Shown here piece by piece: positions 27,890 to 39,030 of a DNA stretch of 64,000 nt. A model generated the notes under the pieces. The model had not been told where the DNA came from and made no database searches. It worked only from the letters and a program-made list of their open reading frames with translations. This DNA is from Callorhinchus milii (taxonomy: Eukaryota), in NCBI RefSeq assembly GCF_018977255.1, contig NW_024704745.1, positions 36,270,001-36,334,000 on the forward strand. Reading direction: 5' to 3'. A program made the translations under genes and the position numbers. Numbering within the stretch: position 1 is the first letter of the stretch; each line of letters starts with the position of its first letter.

Positions 27890-28817
27890 GAGTTAATAAT
27901 CCTTGTATTTGCATTTGATATAGCACTTTATCACAGAATATACTGTAAATTGACTGTATATTTTGTGGGCGAAACTCAGCAGCCAATTGCGCACAGCAGT
28001 GTCCCACAAACATTTGTGGATTGAGTGACCAATTTTTTTTTTGAAAGGATTATTACCCCCGGAAAAGTAATCCACCAATTGACTATCAAATCAGGGTCCT
28101 ACTTACTGGTAGGTAAACAGAGGCGTGTGGAGTAAGGTTCTCGCAAGCGAAAAACCTGGGTTCAATTCCCGCCAGGGTGAAAGTTTGGGCATGTTTCCTT
28201 ACTCCACACACCTGATAATAATTGCTCATGAAAAAAAGCAACAATAATAATTTGATCACTCAATCCACGACTGTTTCTGGGACAGTGCTGTGCGCATTTG
28301 GCTGCCGCGTTTCACCCACAAGATATATAGTCAATTCACTTTACAGTATATTCTGTAAAGCGCTTTGAGATGTCTACAAGATGTGAAAAATGTTATATCA
28401 AATACAAGGATTAAATTATTATATTAAGAAACTTGTCCAACATTTCGTTCTGCCGGGAATCGAAACTCAGGTCTCTCGCTTGTTATAATAATAATAATCC
28501 TTGCATTTGATATAGCGCTTTTCACGTCTTCTAGACGTCTCAAAGTGCTTCACAGAATATACTGTAAAGTGAATTGACTGTATATTTGTGGGCGAACGCG
28601 GCAGACAATTGCGCACAAACAAATTGTCCCACAAACAGTCGTAGATTGAAAATGAACCAATTTATTATTGTTTTTTGTTTTGGAGGGTTTATTATTAGGC
28701 GTGTGGAGTAAGGAAACTTGCCTAAGGTTTCGCCCTGCCTGGAATTGAACTCAGGTCTCTCGCTTGCAAAGCGAGTGCTCTTAGGTGAGTGCTCTAACCG
28801 TTGAGCTACAGGACTCT
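27890..28817. mobile_element. Cluster of four SINE pieces in both orientations
   Basis: Long form (-) about 27890-28135, (+) 28141-28420, (-) fragment about 28425-28480, full (-) about 28483-28817. Confidence 0.8.
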
Positions 28818-29392
28818 AATGGCCTTGATAGACTTAATAGCCAGTTTCTGTGATATGATGTGCTATGATTCTATGACAAGCTGAACCCCTCATTCCACCC
28901 TTGTTCTTAGGTTATGCTCCGTATACTCGATTCTCATCCATGCCTTTGCAGTACATGCATTTGAAAATGAATGTTGCAAAACTCCTACACTCCAACCCAG
29001 ATCTGACTTACAAAATGTCCAAGAATGTTGTTGGCTGTCAGTGATTCAGGCGTCACACATGGCTCACATTAAGCACAATTCACATTATTTCATTCGAGTA
29101 ATACAATTAGTTGCATCTATTAGCACAGTAATTGCATAGTTTTCAGAACTGAAGATTTTAAGTGATGGATGGTTTTCCCCTGATCAGTGGCTGGATAGAG
29201 AACATTACCTATGTGTTTGATGGAGGTGAATACTTTTAATTAAAACATAGGGGATTGTAAAGTTGATACAATATTATAAATGTGCAGTCTTGTCTATGCA
29301 ATGTATCCCTGGTGAGCAATGCTGAATGGGTTTGAACAATGGCACGGCGAGCATAGATTTACTAGTTGGCTGTGGTGCAGCTTATTTTTATT

Positions 29393-29688
29393 AATAATAA
29401 TAATCCTTGCATTTGATATAGCACTTTTCACATCTTCTAGACGTCTCAAAGCGCTTCACAGAATAGACTGTATATTTGTGGGCGAAATGCGGCAGCCAAT
29501 TACGCACAGCAGTGTCCCACAAACAGTTGTGGATTGAAATGACCAATTTATTATTGTTTTTTTTGAGGGATTATTATTAGGCATGTGGAGTAAGGAAACT
29601 TGCCCAAGGTTTCGCCCTCTGCCGGGAATCGAACCCAGGTGTCTCGCTTTCAAAGCGAGTGCTCTAACCACTGAGCTACAGGACTCCA
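29393..29688 (-). mobile_element. SINE, short subfamily
   Basis: Head and tail as consensus. Confidence 0.9.
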
Positions 29689-30762
29689 CTTCAAATTTCA
29701 AACAAGTCTAAAGAAGCAATGCGTTGTGTGAAGGATTTTGGATGTTTCAACCTAATAAGTCATTATTGGGTGGCATTTGTGGAGTCTCAATATGAAATGA
29801 CACAAATTTCATGTCCAAGTTGAAGCATTATTGCATTATAACAGTGTTATTTAAGCGCCCATGAGTATTTAAAAGTAGTCAGGTTTATGCCTGTGTGGAG
29901 TGTTGAAATCAAAATACCCAATAATATAATTGCTATTTTTAATATTGATATTGATAGACTCTGATGAACTTGTGTTTGAAATATGTATATCTCAAAAAGC
30001 AATCTCTACAATCTGTGTATTGAATATTCCTCAAAAACTTCACTTATTCCTGTCTTCAGTGTCACTGATGGTTGATTTTGCACTCCAAATCTATGACCTC
30101 ATATTGTCAGCAGCTACAAAATTGATTAAGGTACAAATTCACAACAGAGAATTCATTCCACAAGTGAGATGGATCTAATTATTTATTGTGGCTCAGTGTT
30201 CCAATGTTTATTCCATTTATAATATTACAATTACCCATCAGGAATTCCAGATCACATACAGAGGCATTCAATATAAAACATCTTTGTAGAGAAATTCTAC
30301 CTGAGTCTAGATTTACTCTTTTTATGAAGCATTTTAAAGTGCTTAAAATTTGGCAAATTCTTCAATTCATTCTTACAATTCATTTTTTGAAGCCCATGTT
30401 GTATAGGTTTTAAAAGCACTGTCTTGAAAATTAAGGCTGTATTCAACAATTTGTTAAATGATGCAGTCAGTCAAAAGCAAACACAGCCTGACATGTGAGG
30501 GGTCCCCTAACTGTCTAGTTAGTGAGATTAGTAAATTTCTGTTATCTAGGAACCATTCCAAACTGGAGCACAATCGTTCATTCAGACCCCTAGGATCAAA
30601 ACATTTTGAAGAAAAATCTCGACCAGCTCATGAGTGCCAAGTATTGTTTTTATTGCCTACAACAAAAAGTTCTACCACATCCATAAATATAATTTCATTG
30701 TTTTGTTGTTCATGTACTTTGATCAAGTATATTAAACAGGTTTTGATAGAACCCATTGTAAC

Positions 30763-31639
30763 GCGAATGCACCACATGACGTCAACGTGACTTGGACACA
30801 AGAACAGACACATTTACAGTCTGGATATGGGAAACCGTCTGCCACTGGGCCTCAGGAAGTGATCAGTAAACTAAACATTTCTACACAAGACTGGACCGAT
30901 GGGAAAGTATACTTCTGCATTGTCAGCCATGACGATATACTGACTCCCATCAGAAAAAAGATATTTAAGGAGCCCGTTGAGTACAGGAAACAACCTTCAG
31001 TGTATCTGCTCCTCCCATCGGCAGAAGAATTGTCTGCTCAGCAGTCTGTCACCCTCAGTTGCCTGGTGAAGAACTTCGCTCCCAAAGAGATCTTTGTGGA
31101 GTGGACTGTCAATGACCAATCGATTGATGCCAACAAATACAAGAACACTGAGGTGATGGCAGACAGTGCAGATGGCAATTACTCCATGTACAGCATGTTA
31201 TCCATCTCAGCCGGAGATTGGGACAGAGGCTATTCCTACTCCTGTGTGGTCGGACATGAAACTTTCCCACTGAAGACCCTGACCAGAGCCGTTAATAAAT
31301 CCAGCGAGATTATCCCAACCGAGACGATGCTGGAAGGTGTTCAACAAGATGAACGTGACAACCTCTGGCCGACTGCTTCCACCTTCATCATCCTCTTCTT
31401 CCTGAGTATTTTCTACAGTGCCACGGTCACTCTATTTAAGGTCGAATGAGTTTATTACCATCAGCTTCACCGATGTTCTTCGTCTGTTTGTGTTTATCTT
31501 CAATCTCCTGTGACAGAGTATGTGATGTCTTGTTTCACCCATTGAACACATTCATGGAAAGTGAACATTGTATTGTGCAGCTATGTGAATTTTAGTGACG
31601 TTTCTTATTGTTAGTTTATGTTACAATGTGTCTTGTACA
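30763..31639 (+). pseudogene. IGHM: Processed (intronless) retrocopy of membrane-form IgM heavy chain: partial Cmu3, Cmu4, TM1, TM2, probable 3'UTR
   Basis: Frame open 30763-31449. Cmu3-like ANAPHDVNVTWTQEQ...DWTDGKVYFCIVSH; Cmu4-like QPSVYLLLPSAEELSAQ...CLVKNF...VEWTVND...YKNTEVMA...YSCVVGHE...VNKSS; TM NLWPTASTFIILFFLSIFYSATVTLFK-VE*. Domains are fused without introns at about 30970/1, 31306/7 and 31440/1. YKNTEVMA and VNKSS recall shark IgM Cmu4 rather than IgW/IgNAR (from memory). UTR assignment of 31450-31639 is inferred. Confidence 0.9.
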
Positions 31640-31953
31640 GAGTCCTGTAGCTCAGTGGTTAGAGCACTCGCATTGCAAGCGAGACACCCGAGTTCAATTC
31701 CAGGCAGGGCGAAACCTTGGGCAAGTTTCCTTACTCCACACGCCTAATAATAATCCCACCAAAACCCAAAACAATAATAAATTGGTCATTTTCAATCTAC
31801 GACTGTTTGTGGGACATTGCTGTGCGCAATTGGCTGCCGCGTTCGCCCACAAATATACAGTCAATTCACTTTACAGTGTGTTCTGTGAAGCGCTTTGGGA
31901 TGTCCTCCCGACGTGAAAAGCACTATATCAAATGCAAGGATTATTATTATTAT
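31640..31953 (+). mobile_element. Young full-length SINE directly 3' of the IgM retrocopy
   Basis: gagtcctgtagctcagtggttagagc...gggatgtcctcccgacgtgaaaagcactatatcaaatgcaagg(att)n; only a few differences from other young copies. Confidence 0.92.
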
Positions 31954-33209
31954 GATTATAGAGAGAATCACATGAAAACATGGAATTTCAAGTAATGAGG
32001 ATTGTGTGCTTGAATCCCATCCAAATGATATGTTAACTTATCTGCACCCACTACAAATGCTTTGTTCCTTCTTAGGTGTTGGACAGGCAACACGTAGGGT
32101 AAACCTTTATTTAATATTCTACTCAATTCATTAAAAAGTGTAACAGCTAAAATTATATTGAAAATAGAAAATGTATTTAATATTATTATATTAGAATAGA
32201 TTTACAGTCGAGATTCCATGTAATTATATTTCAGTGAATCAATTCAAAAGTGACATAGATTGGGAATAGTTTAAGATGTATTTTATTAAAATACATATCA
32301 AACACCATCTACTTTATTTTTGTGAGGCAACTGTTTCCACAATATTACTGAGTGGGGATCAGAGCAACATTATTTTCCTATTCAAGTTCTGTCTTTTCAC
32401 CAGTGCTAAAGTATGCCTAGTTGATCTTAGTGTTAACAAGTTACATGCTACTGTCAAAGGAATATTCATGATTGAGTGGGCAGTTAGTAGGATTGGGAAC
32501 CTATTCCTTTATGTGAAAGGTTCTTCACTATCAGCTATTGCTTAAGATTTCTCCTGGTGTCCTAGCCAACAATCCCCTGAATTAAATTGGTCATTCACTC
32601 TATCACTGCTTGTGGGACATTGATCTACACAAATTGACTGCAGTATTTGCTCACAAAACATAGTCACTCCACTTTACATTATATCCTGTGAAACACTTGT
32701 AACATCCTCCTGAATTGAAAAATGCTATACAAAATGCAACGTTTTTTCAAGCCATAAATCTCTCTCTTTCTCTCTCTCTTGCAGTGTGTGTGTCGTCAAA
32801 AGCAATTCTTTTCTCAGAGCTTTGTCACAACTTAGCACAGTGGAGACTTAATGGAGACTCTTTCCTCCCACTGAATCCTGGTCTTTGGAGTAATACCTCA
32901 GAACCAAGCTACTACTGATAGTAGTGTTTCTCTGCACAAGTTTCAAAGTGTAATAATAATAATAATCCTTGCATTTGATATAGCACCTTTCACATTGGGT
33001 AGACACCTCAAAGCGCTTCACAGGATATACTGTAAAGTGTAGTGATTGTAACTTGCAGGCAAATGAGGAAGCTAATTTATGCTCAGCAATGTCCTATGAA
33101 CACGCAATTTTGTATGACATATACAGAATACCAAATAGAATTTGATAAAGATTGACTGCTGTAGAAGAACAGAATAAGACTTGCAATACATGCTATACTC
33201 TACTTCAAC

Positions 33210-33244
<35 letters not shown>

Positions 33245-33478
33245 CCTTGCATTTGATATAGCGCTTTTCACGTCGGGAGGACGTCCCAAAGCGCTTCACA
33301 GAACACACTGTAAAGTGAATTGACTGTATATTTGTGGGCAAATGCGGCAGCCAATTGCACACAGCAATGTCCCACAAACAGTCGTAGATTGAAAATGACC
33401 AATTTATTATTGTTTTTGGTTTTATGAGGGATTATTATTAGGCTCTGTGTGGAGTAAGGAAACTTGCCCAAGGTTTGA
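33210..33478 (-). mobile_element. 5'-truncated SINE with long (TAA)n tail
   Basis: Stops at aaaccttggg; a similar copy lies at 35420-35661. Confidence 0.85.
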
Positions 33479-33735
33479 AACCAGATAATCAATTGATCAT
33501 GAACTGTATGTTTGCTGATTTAAGTATTACAAGTATAGTGAGTCAAAATCATTGTTCTAATGTACCTCAACATCAAGATTTAGAGTAATCCTAAATAATT
33601 CCATACCTTATTTAATGACTTAGATTCATTTGCATTTTGAAATATCCCCAAACTTCTAAATAATGGTTATGTCAGTAAAAGTAACCGAAAATGTTTAGAG
33701 CTGTCATCTTGGATTTGTGTTTAGGGTAATCATAC

Positions 33736-33837
33736 ATCTCCGATTTCCGAGGACAGTCCCCAGAATAGATATTGTGTCCTTGGCCATATTTGTCCTGTCT
33801 TAAATTCAGCAACAAACTGAACAAGAACAATAGCATT
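33736..33837 (-). CDS. Candidate exon NAIVLVQFVAEFKTGQIWPRTQYLFWGLSSEIGD (phase 0 to 0)
   Basis: Acceptor tgtatctgttttag|, donor GAT|gtatga, 102 nt open. Confidence 0.45.
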
Positions 33838-35799
33838 CTAAAACAGATACAGTCATCAGAGTAATACAGCCATTCATATGACAAGCTTTTCCAGTACTGC
33901 CAGTATCAGAAATTATAGTGAGTTCAATTTATTTACATGTGTCCCTGGATTTAGTTTATAGTTTAGAGGGTTGCCTGCTTTTACAGTAGCAGTGGTGATT
34001 CTGCCAGGCATGGCCTACAAGAATACAATACAAAATACTTAACAGTCCTGGCTGGGCACCCAAGCTGGGGTGGGATCAGGAGAAGTGGGGATTAGAAAGA
34101 TGACCGAAAGCACAGTCAAAGAGGTAGGTCTAAACAAACAAGATGGCGGACTAGGAGACTACAAGATGGTACACGTTGGAGTCACTGGTTTATTTTTTGT
34201 CTTTGCTGCATGGAAGCACAGAACACCTAACCGTATCAAAGCCATTTTACAGGATAATGACTTAATTAAATCAATATCTTGCAAAGCGACAACTGAAAGG
34301 CTACTCTTGGTCCATAAACAGTGGTCTGACTAAGTATAATTACAGGGTGACAGATAGAACAGTTTCAGCCAGCATTAAGCACTCCCATTAATGAGAAGTT
34401 CGGAGGTGAGCATGCGTCAAAATACATTTCAACCTGGTTCCTTATACAAGGAACAAAATATATTAAAGAATGCCACATTTTTGATCCCATTATTCTTCCT
34501 GTGTTCATGACTTCTATTAGGTCAGGGTAGTAAGGGATATGGGGCAAGGACAGGTAAATGGAGTTGAATTACAGATCAGCCGTGATAAAATGGCAGAACA
34601 GGCTCGAGAGGCCGAATAGCCTACCCTTTTTCTATGTTTCTGTGTTTCTGTGACAACAATGATGTTACAGCTAATAAGAAGAATATAATCTTGAAAATGT
34701 ACCTCTTTGACCATGCTATTGGTCATCTTTACCCTCCACACACCCCGTTGGCTCCCACCCCCAGCTCGGGTGCGTATCCAGCACTGTGAATGAAGTGCTT
34801 TCAGACATCCTCCTGGCTATATTAATGCAAATTTTATTCTCTATTTGTGTAAGCAGTTTTCATGCTTCTTTGTTTCCTTCGTATCTGCCGACAGAAGCAA
34901 CAAAGGTATACTGTTATATATTCTCTCTTAAAATCAAATCAGCAGATTTAACTGTATTTCTCCGTTTACCTTCTTGTGATGCAAATTTACTTCCTCATCC
35001 TGCTTTTTATCAAAGTAATTTGTTTTATCCAGTGCCAATGTGAATGGTAAGATCGTGAACGATCTTCAGATCTACGACTTATCTGAGGGCTGCAATTTGT
35101 AAAGTCTTTACAGAGATAGATGCAGTGATGATTACATTCCTTCTCATGTACCTTTATGCTTAATATTAGTTGAACAAAGTGTGACAAAGTGTTCTGTATT
35201 TGAAAACTGCAAGCTGCAACAATGGTTTAAAAAAACATAAAGCTTTCCTGGGTAAATACTGGCCAAGACAGGATAATACTGAAAGTTAGAAATAATTAGG
35301 CAATTAAAAAACAATTGTTGATCAGGGTTGCTAACATATGACACAAACATTTTGGGGGTGAAATTAGCAACTTTTCGATTGGCGCTATACCATGTACAAG
35401 AATTATTATTATTAGTTTGATGTAATAATAATAATAATAATCCTTTCATTTGATATAGCGCTTTTTACATCTTCTAGACAACTCAAAGCGCTTCACAGAA
35501 TAGACTGTAAAGTGAATTGACCGTATATTTGTGGGCGAAATGTGGCAGCCAATTGCGCACAGCAGTGTCCCATAAACAGTCGTTGATTGAAATGACCAAT
35601 TTATTATTTTCTTGAGGGATTATTATCAGACGTGTGGAGTAAGGAAACTTGCCCAAGGTTTCATCCTTAATATATATACATTATATATATATGAGAATAT
35701 AATTCGCATATGAAATACACCAGCACTTCCACGTTAATTTTAAGTAAATTACTTTATTCATGTAAATTAAACCTCTTTCTAATCCTGTTATATAAATGT

Positions 35800-36070
35800 C
35801 CTGTAGCGTAGTGGTTGGAGCACTTTCCTGGCAAGCAATACTGTTCACCCAGCAGTAAGTAGGAACCTGGTTATTAGTCGTCGATTGGCGGATTGCTTTT
35901 CTGGGGTTAATAACCCCTCCAAAATAATAATAAGAAATAATAATAATAATAATAATAATTTGATCACTTAATCCACTAATGTTTGTGGGACACTGCTGTG
36001 TGGAATTGGCTGCCAAGTTTCGCAACAAAATATCTGGTCAATTCACTTCAAAGTGTATTCTGTGAAACAT
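35800..36070 (+). mobile_element. SINE, long subfamily (another at about 47575-47895, minus)
   Basis: Contains gttcacccagcagtaagtaggaacctgg segment. Confidence 0.7.
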
Positions 36071-38442
36071 TTCCCCATCTTGCACCATACATGGTCGTGA
36101 CGTTTCTGTGAGCGAGACTGCCAATTAGTGAATCACAAACAGGATAATAGTACGGACTCTAGCTTGGGTTGATGTTGCCACAACCAATTTAAATTGGGAC
36201 GTTTTCAGCTGCCATGGAGGAGACTTTTATCCCATGGGTCTTGGATACATTCAATTGAGGTCCCAGAGGTGGATTGATGCTGTCCTAACCTATTGTGTTA
36301 ACATCCCTTTCTGCAGCAACAAAACGTTGATTAAACTCAGCACACATTGAATCTCATGTAATTGTCGTTTGTGTCAAACAGCCTTTGGAACCAATTTTTG
36401 TTTCTGTCTCAGCTGTCCTTATTTAAATTGGAGCTAAGCCTGATGAACAACTCATGAGACATAGCGATCAAGACATTTGGATCAAAATATAGTTCCAAGA
36501 AAGTAATTTTGCTTGGATAAAGGTGTTTGAAATTCACTCAAAAATTCACAAAACTCTCCATTCTGTGAATATGGTTGTGTGAAAACACCACTACCACTTG
36601 TTGGATAATATATAATTACATGAATAACTATTGCAATGAAGGTCAAGAACCCAGCTTTCATTGTAATTAGTTTGAACAAACCTACAATCAATGGCTGTTT
36701 ATTTTTAACATTATTTTTTGCCGTAAGTCAATGCATTTGAAACCAATGAAAATCCATGTTGAAAATACAATTCCGAAAGAAATGGGCTGCAAGGCTTTCC
36801 AAAAGCTTTCCATCATTAGGGACTGAATTATGGTTAAACCTATTCCTTGTGAAAAGGTAAAAATAAAGAACTAAATCCTGATTAAAGGTTCATGTGGGGT
36901 GAACCATGTAACCACATTCACTCTGATTTTCATAGGAAACAACTGCTGTTTTCATTTCATTGCTTGAATTAACCTTGCAAGGATGCAGCAGCACGTTGTT
37001 ACCATTTATAGACATAGTATAGGATTAGTGATTTCCACATTTTTACGTGCATTTTATTTATGCTTTTTAAAAAATAATCTCTAAAAAAATAGAATTATGA
37101 ATATTTGGTGTAACTTTATCAATGATTGCCAAATTACACTGGCAATCTAAAGTTAATTTCTACATTTGATGCCAAATTAATAGGTCTCTAATTCTATGTG
37201 TTTCTGACTATTGTTTGAAATATTGGAATAATAATGCCATCATCCAGTCCTCTGGTAGCATTCCTTGTGTCCAAATAAGTGGAAAAATGTCTTGCAATGT
37301 GTTTCATTTATCTTACTGCTCTTTGGTATCTTTTTGAACTTGTATTTTTGAACTTTAAATGCTCCAGTAACTTTTTTTAAAAAATGATAGATTCATTGAT
37401 CAAATTGATTCACTAGGCTGAAAATGTTTCTATTTCTGAACAGGTTGGATGTGATTATCAACAGCTTTTAATCCCACTATTGTTATCTGGAGAATATTTG
37501 TGGGTAAGTTCCACCACATTGACAGTGCTTGGCTATAAGTGAGTGAGGTTCTGTAATAAGAGGTTGGGCTGTGTTCACAGATCATGGAGAACAACTCAAG
37601 TTTTGGATCTGTTGCATATATTGCTGGTTGCTCCCTACCTGGAGCACTGTGAGCAGCTCTGGTCAACAACAACAATTTGCATTTATATAGTGCCCTTCAC
37701 ATGGGTTAGCCTCCCAGAGCGCTTCTGTTCATTTAATTAGAGGAAAGATATAATAAATTTGAAAATGGTTCAGTGTAAGGCCACAAAGGTGACACTAGAA
37801 ATTGTTTTCTGTAACGAAGGATTCACAATACAGGACACGTAAAACAAAATAAATTGTTTGGAGTAAGGATGAATGTCATGGAATTTTTTTTTGAGAGGAT
37901 AATAGACTTGTGTAATAAGTCACCAGAAAAGGTGGGGCTACATCTCACTCAGAGGATAAAATGCTACCAACTGAGCCAGCCTGAAATCTGGCAAAGATTA
38001 ATAATGATTTATGCTTGCAGTAAAATGAGGGAGGAATGCAATTTTCATTATTGATGCTCTCTGCTGTGTATTCAGTTTATAACCACAGGTTAACAATTCA
38101 TTGTTATTCATTTTGATGTTAAATAGTTAGATATTAAAAGGTCAACTGAGAGACTATTGAAGCAGAGTATGTAAAGTGGTTTAAGAGGCAACGAGATATA
38201 TTCTGCAGTTAGAGAATGGATTGAAGGACATGGTGAGAGAGCAGATAGGTGGGGCTGAAATTAACAAAAGAGGCAAGCTTATTTGGCTGACAACCTTTTT
38301 TTGCTACTTAAACCTGTATTCTTTCAATTAAATGGATTGACTATTTTTATTTTCTAAAATGATTTTCTTCATTACAGATCCTTGTTTCAGCATACAAACT
38401 ATCCATTTTAGTTATAATACATTGTCTGATCTCACTATTTAA

Positions 38443-39030
38443 CAACAACATTGCATTTATATAGCACCTTTTATATTGGGAGGATATCTCAAGGCGCTAG
38501 ACAGCTAGTGTTTCGGACCCTAGCTCGGGGGTCAGGATTGGGGAGGGTGGAGGGCAGGGGAGAAGGAAGGTGATCGAAAGCACGGTCGAAGAGGAGGGTC
38601 TTGAGATGCTTCTTAAAGGAGGCGAGGGAGAGGCTGAGGCAGAGGGACTGCGGGATGGAGTTTCCGTGGGTAGGGCAGAATGGCAGATGGCCCGCCTGCC
38701 AATGGTGGGGTGGGCAAGGTGGAGGACGTGAAGCAGGCCTGAGACTGCTAAGTGGAGGGAATGGGCAGGATGGTAGGAAGTTAGGAGATTGAAGAGGTAG
38801 TGGGGAGCAAGGCCACAGAGGGCTTTGAAGGTGAGGACCAGGATTTTGAACTGTATCCTCTATATGATGGGAAGCCAGTGGAGTCAGGCGAGGATGGGGG
38901 TGATAGGGTCACAGAGTCTGGTGCGGGAGCGGATACCAGCTGCAAAGTTCTGGATGATCTGCAGCCTATGGAGGGAGGAGTTGGTGAGGCCGACAAGCAA
39001 TGAGTTTGCATAGTCAAGCCTGGATGTTAT
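38443..39030 (-). mobile_element. L2 fragment (further copies about 40927-41445 and 43590-43850)
   Basis: Homology to the L2 at 2357. Confidence 0.8.

Noticed and set aside
31640-31712. tRNA-Ala(TGC)-like sequences here and in every SINE head
   Set aside because: The acceptor stem is poor and each continues into the SINE body; these are SINE heads, not tRNA genes.
32100-32180. ATTAAA and short A-runs as the retrocopy poly(A) end
   Set aside because: No real A-tract or TSD in generally AT-rich sequence; cannot be assigned without the parental UTR.
30000-33000. A functional IgM cluster, or an IgW/IgNAR gene
   Set aside because: No introns, no secretory tailpiece, no V/D/J, Cmu1 or Cmu2; cacagtg heptamers I checked (e.g. 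about 7784) lack a spaced nonamer; motifs fit IgM.
34970-35063. Extra minus-strand exon SFTILPF...EVNLHHKK linking 42184 to 33837
   Set aside because: The phase fits but the acceptor has no polypyrimidine tract; probably over-fitting.
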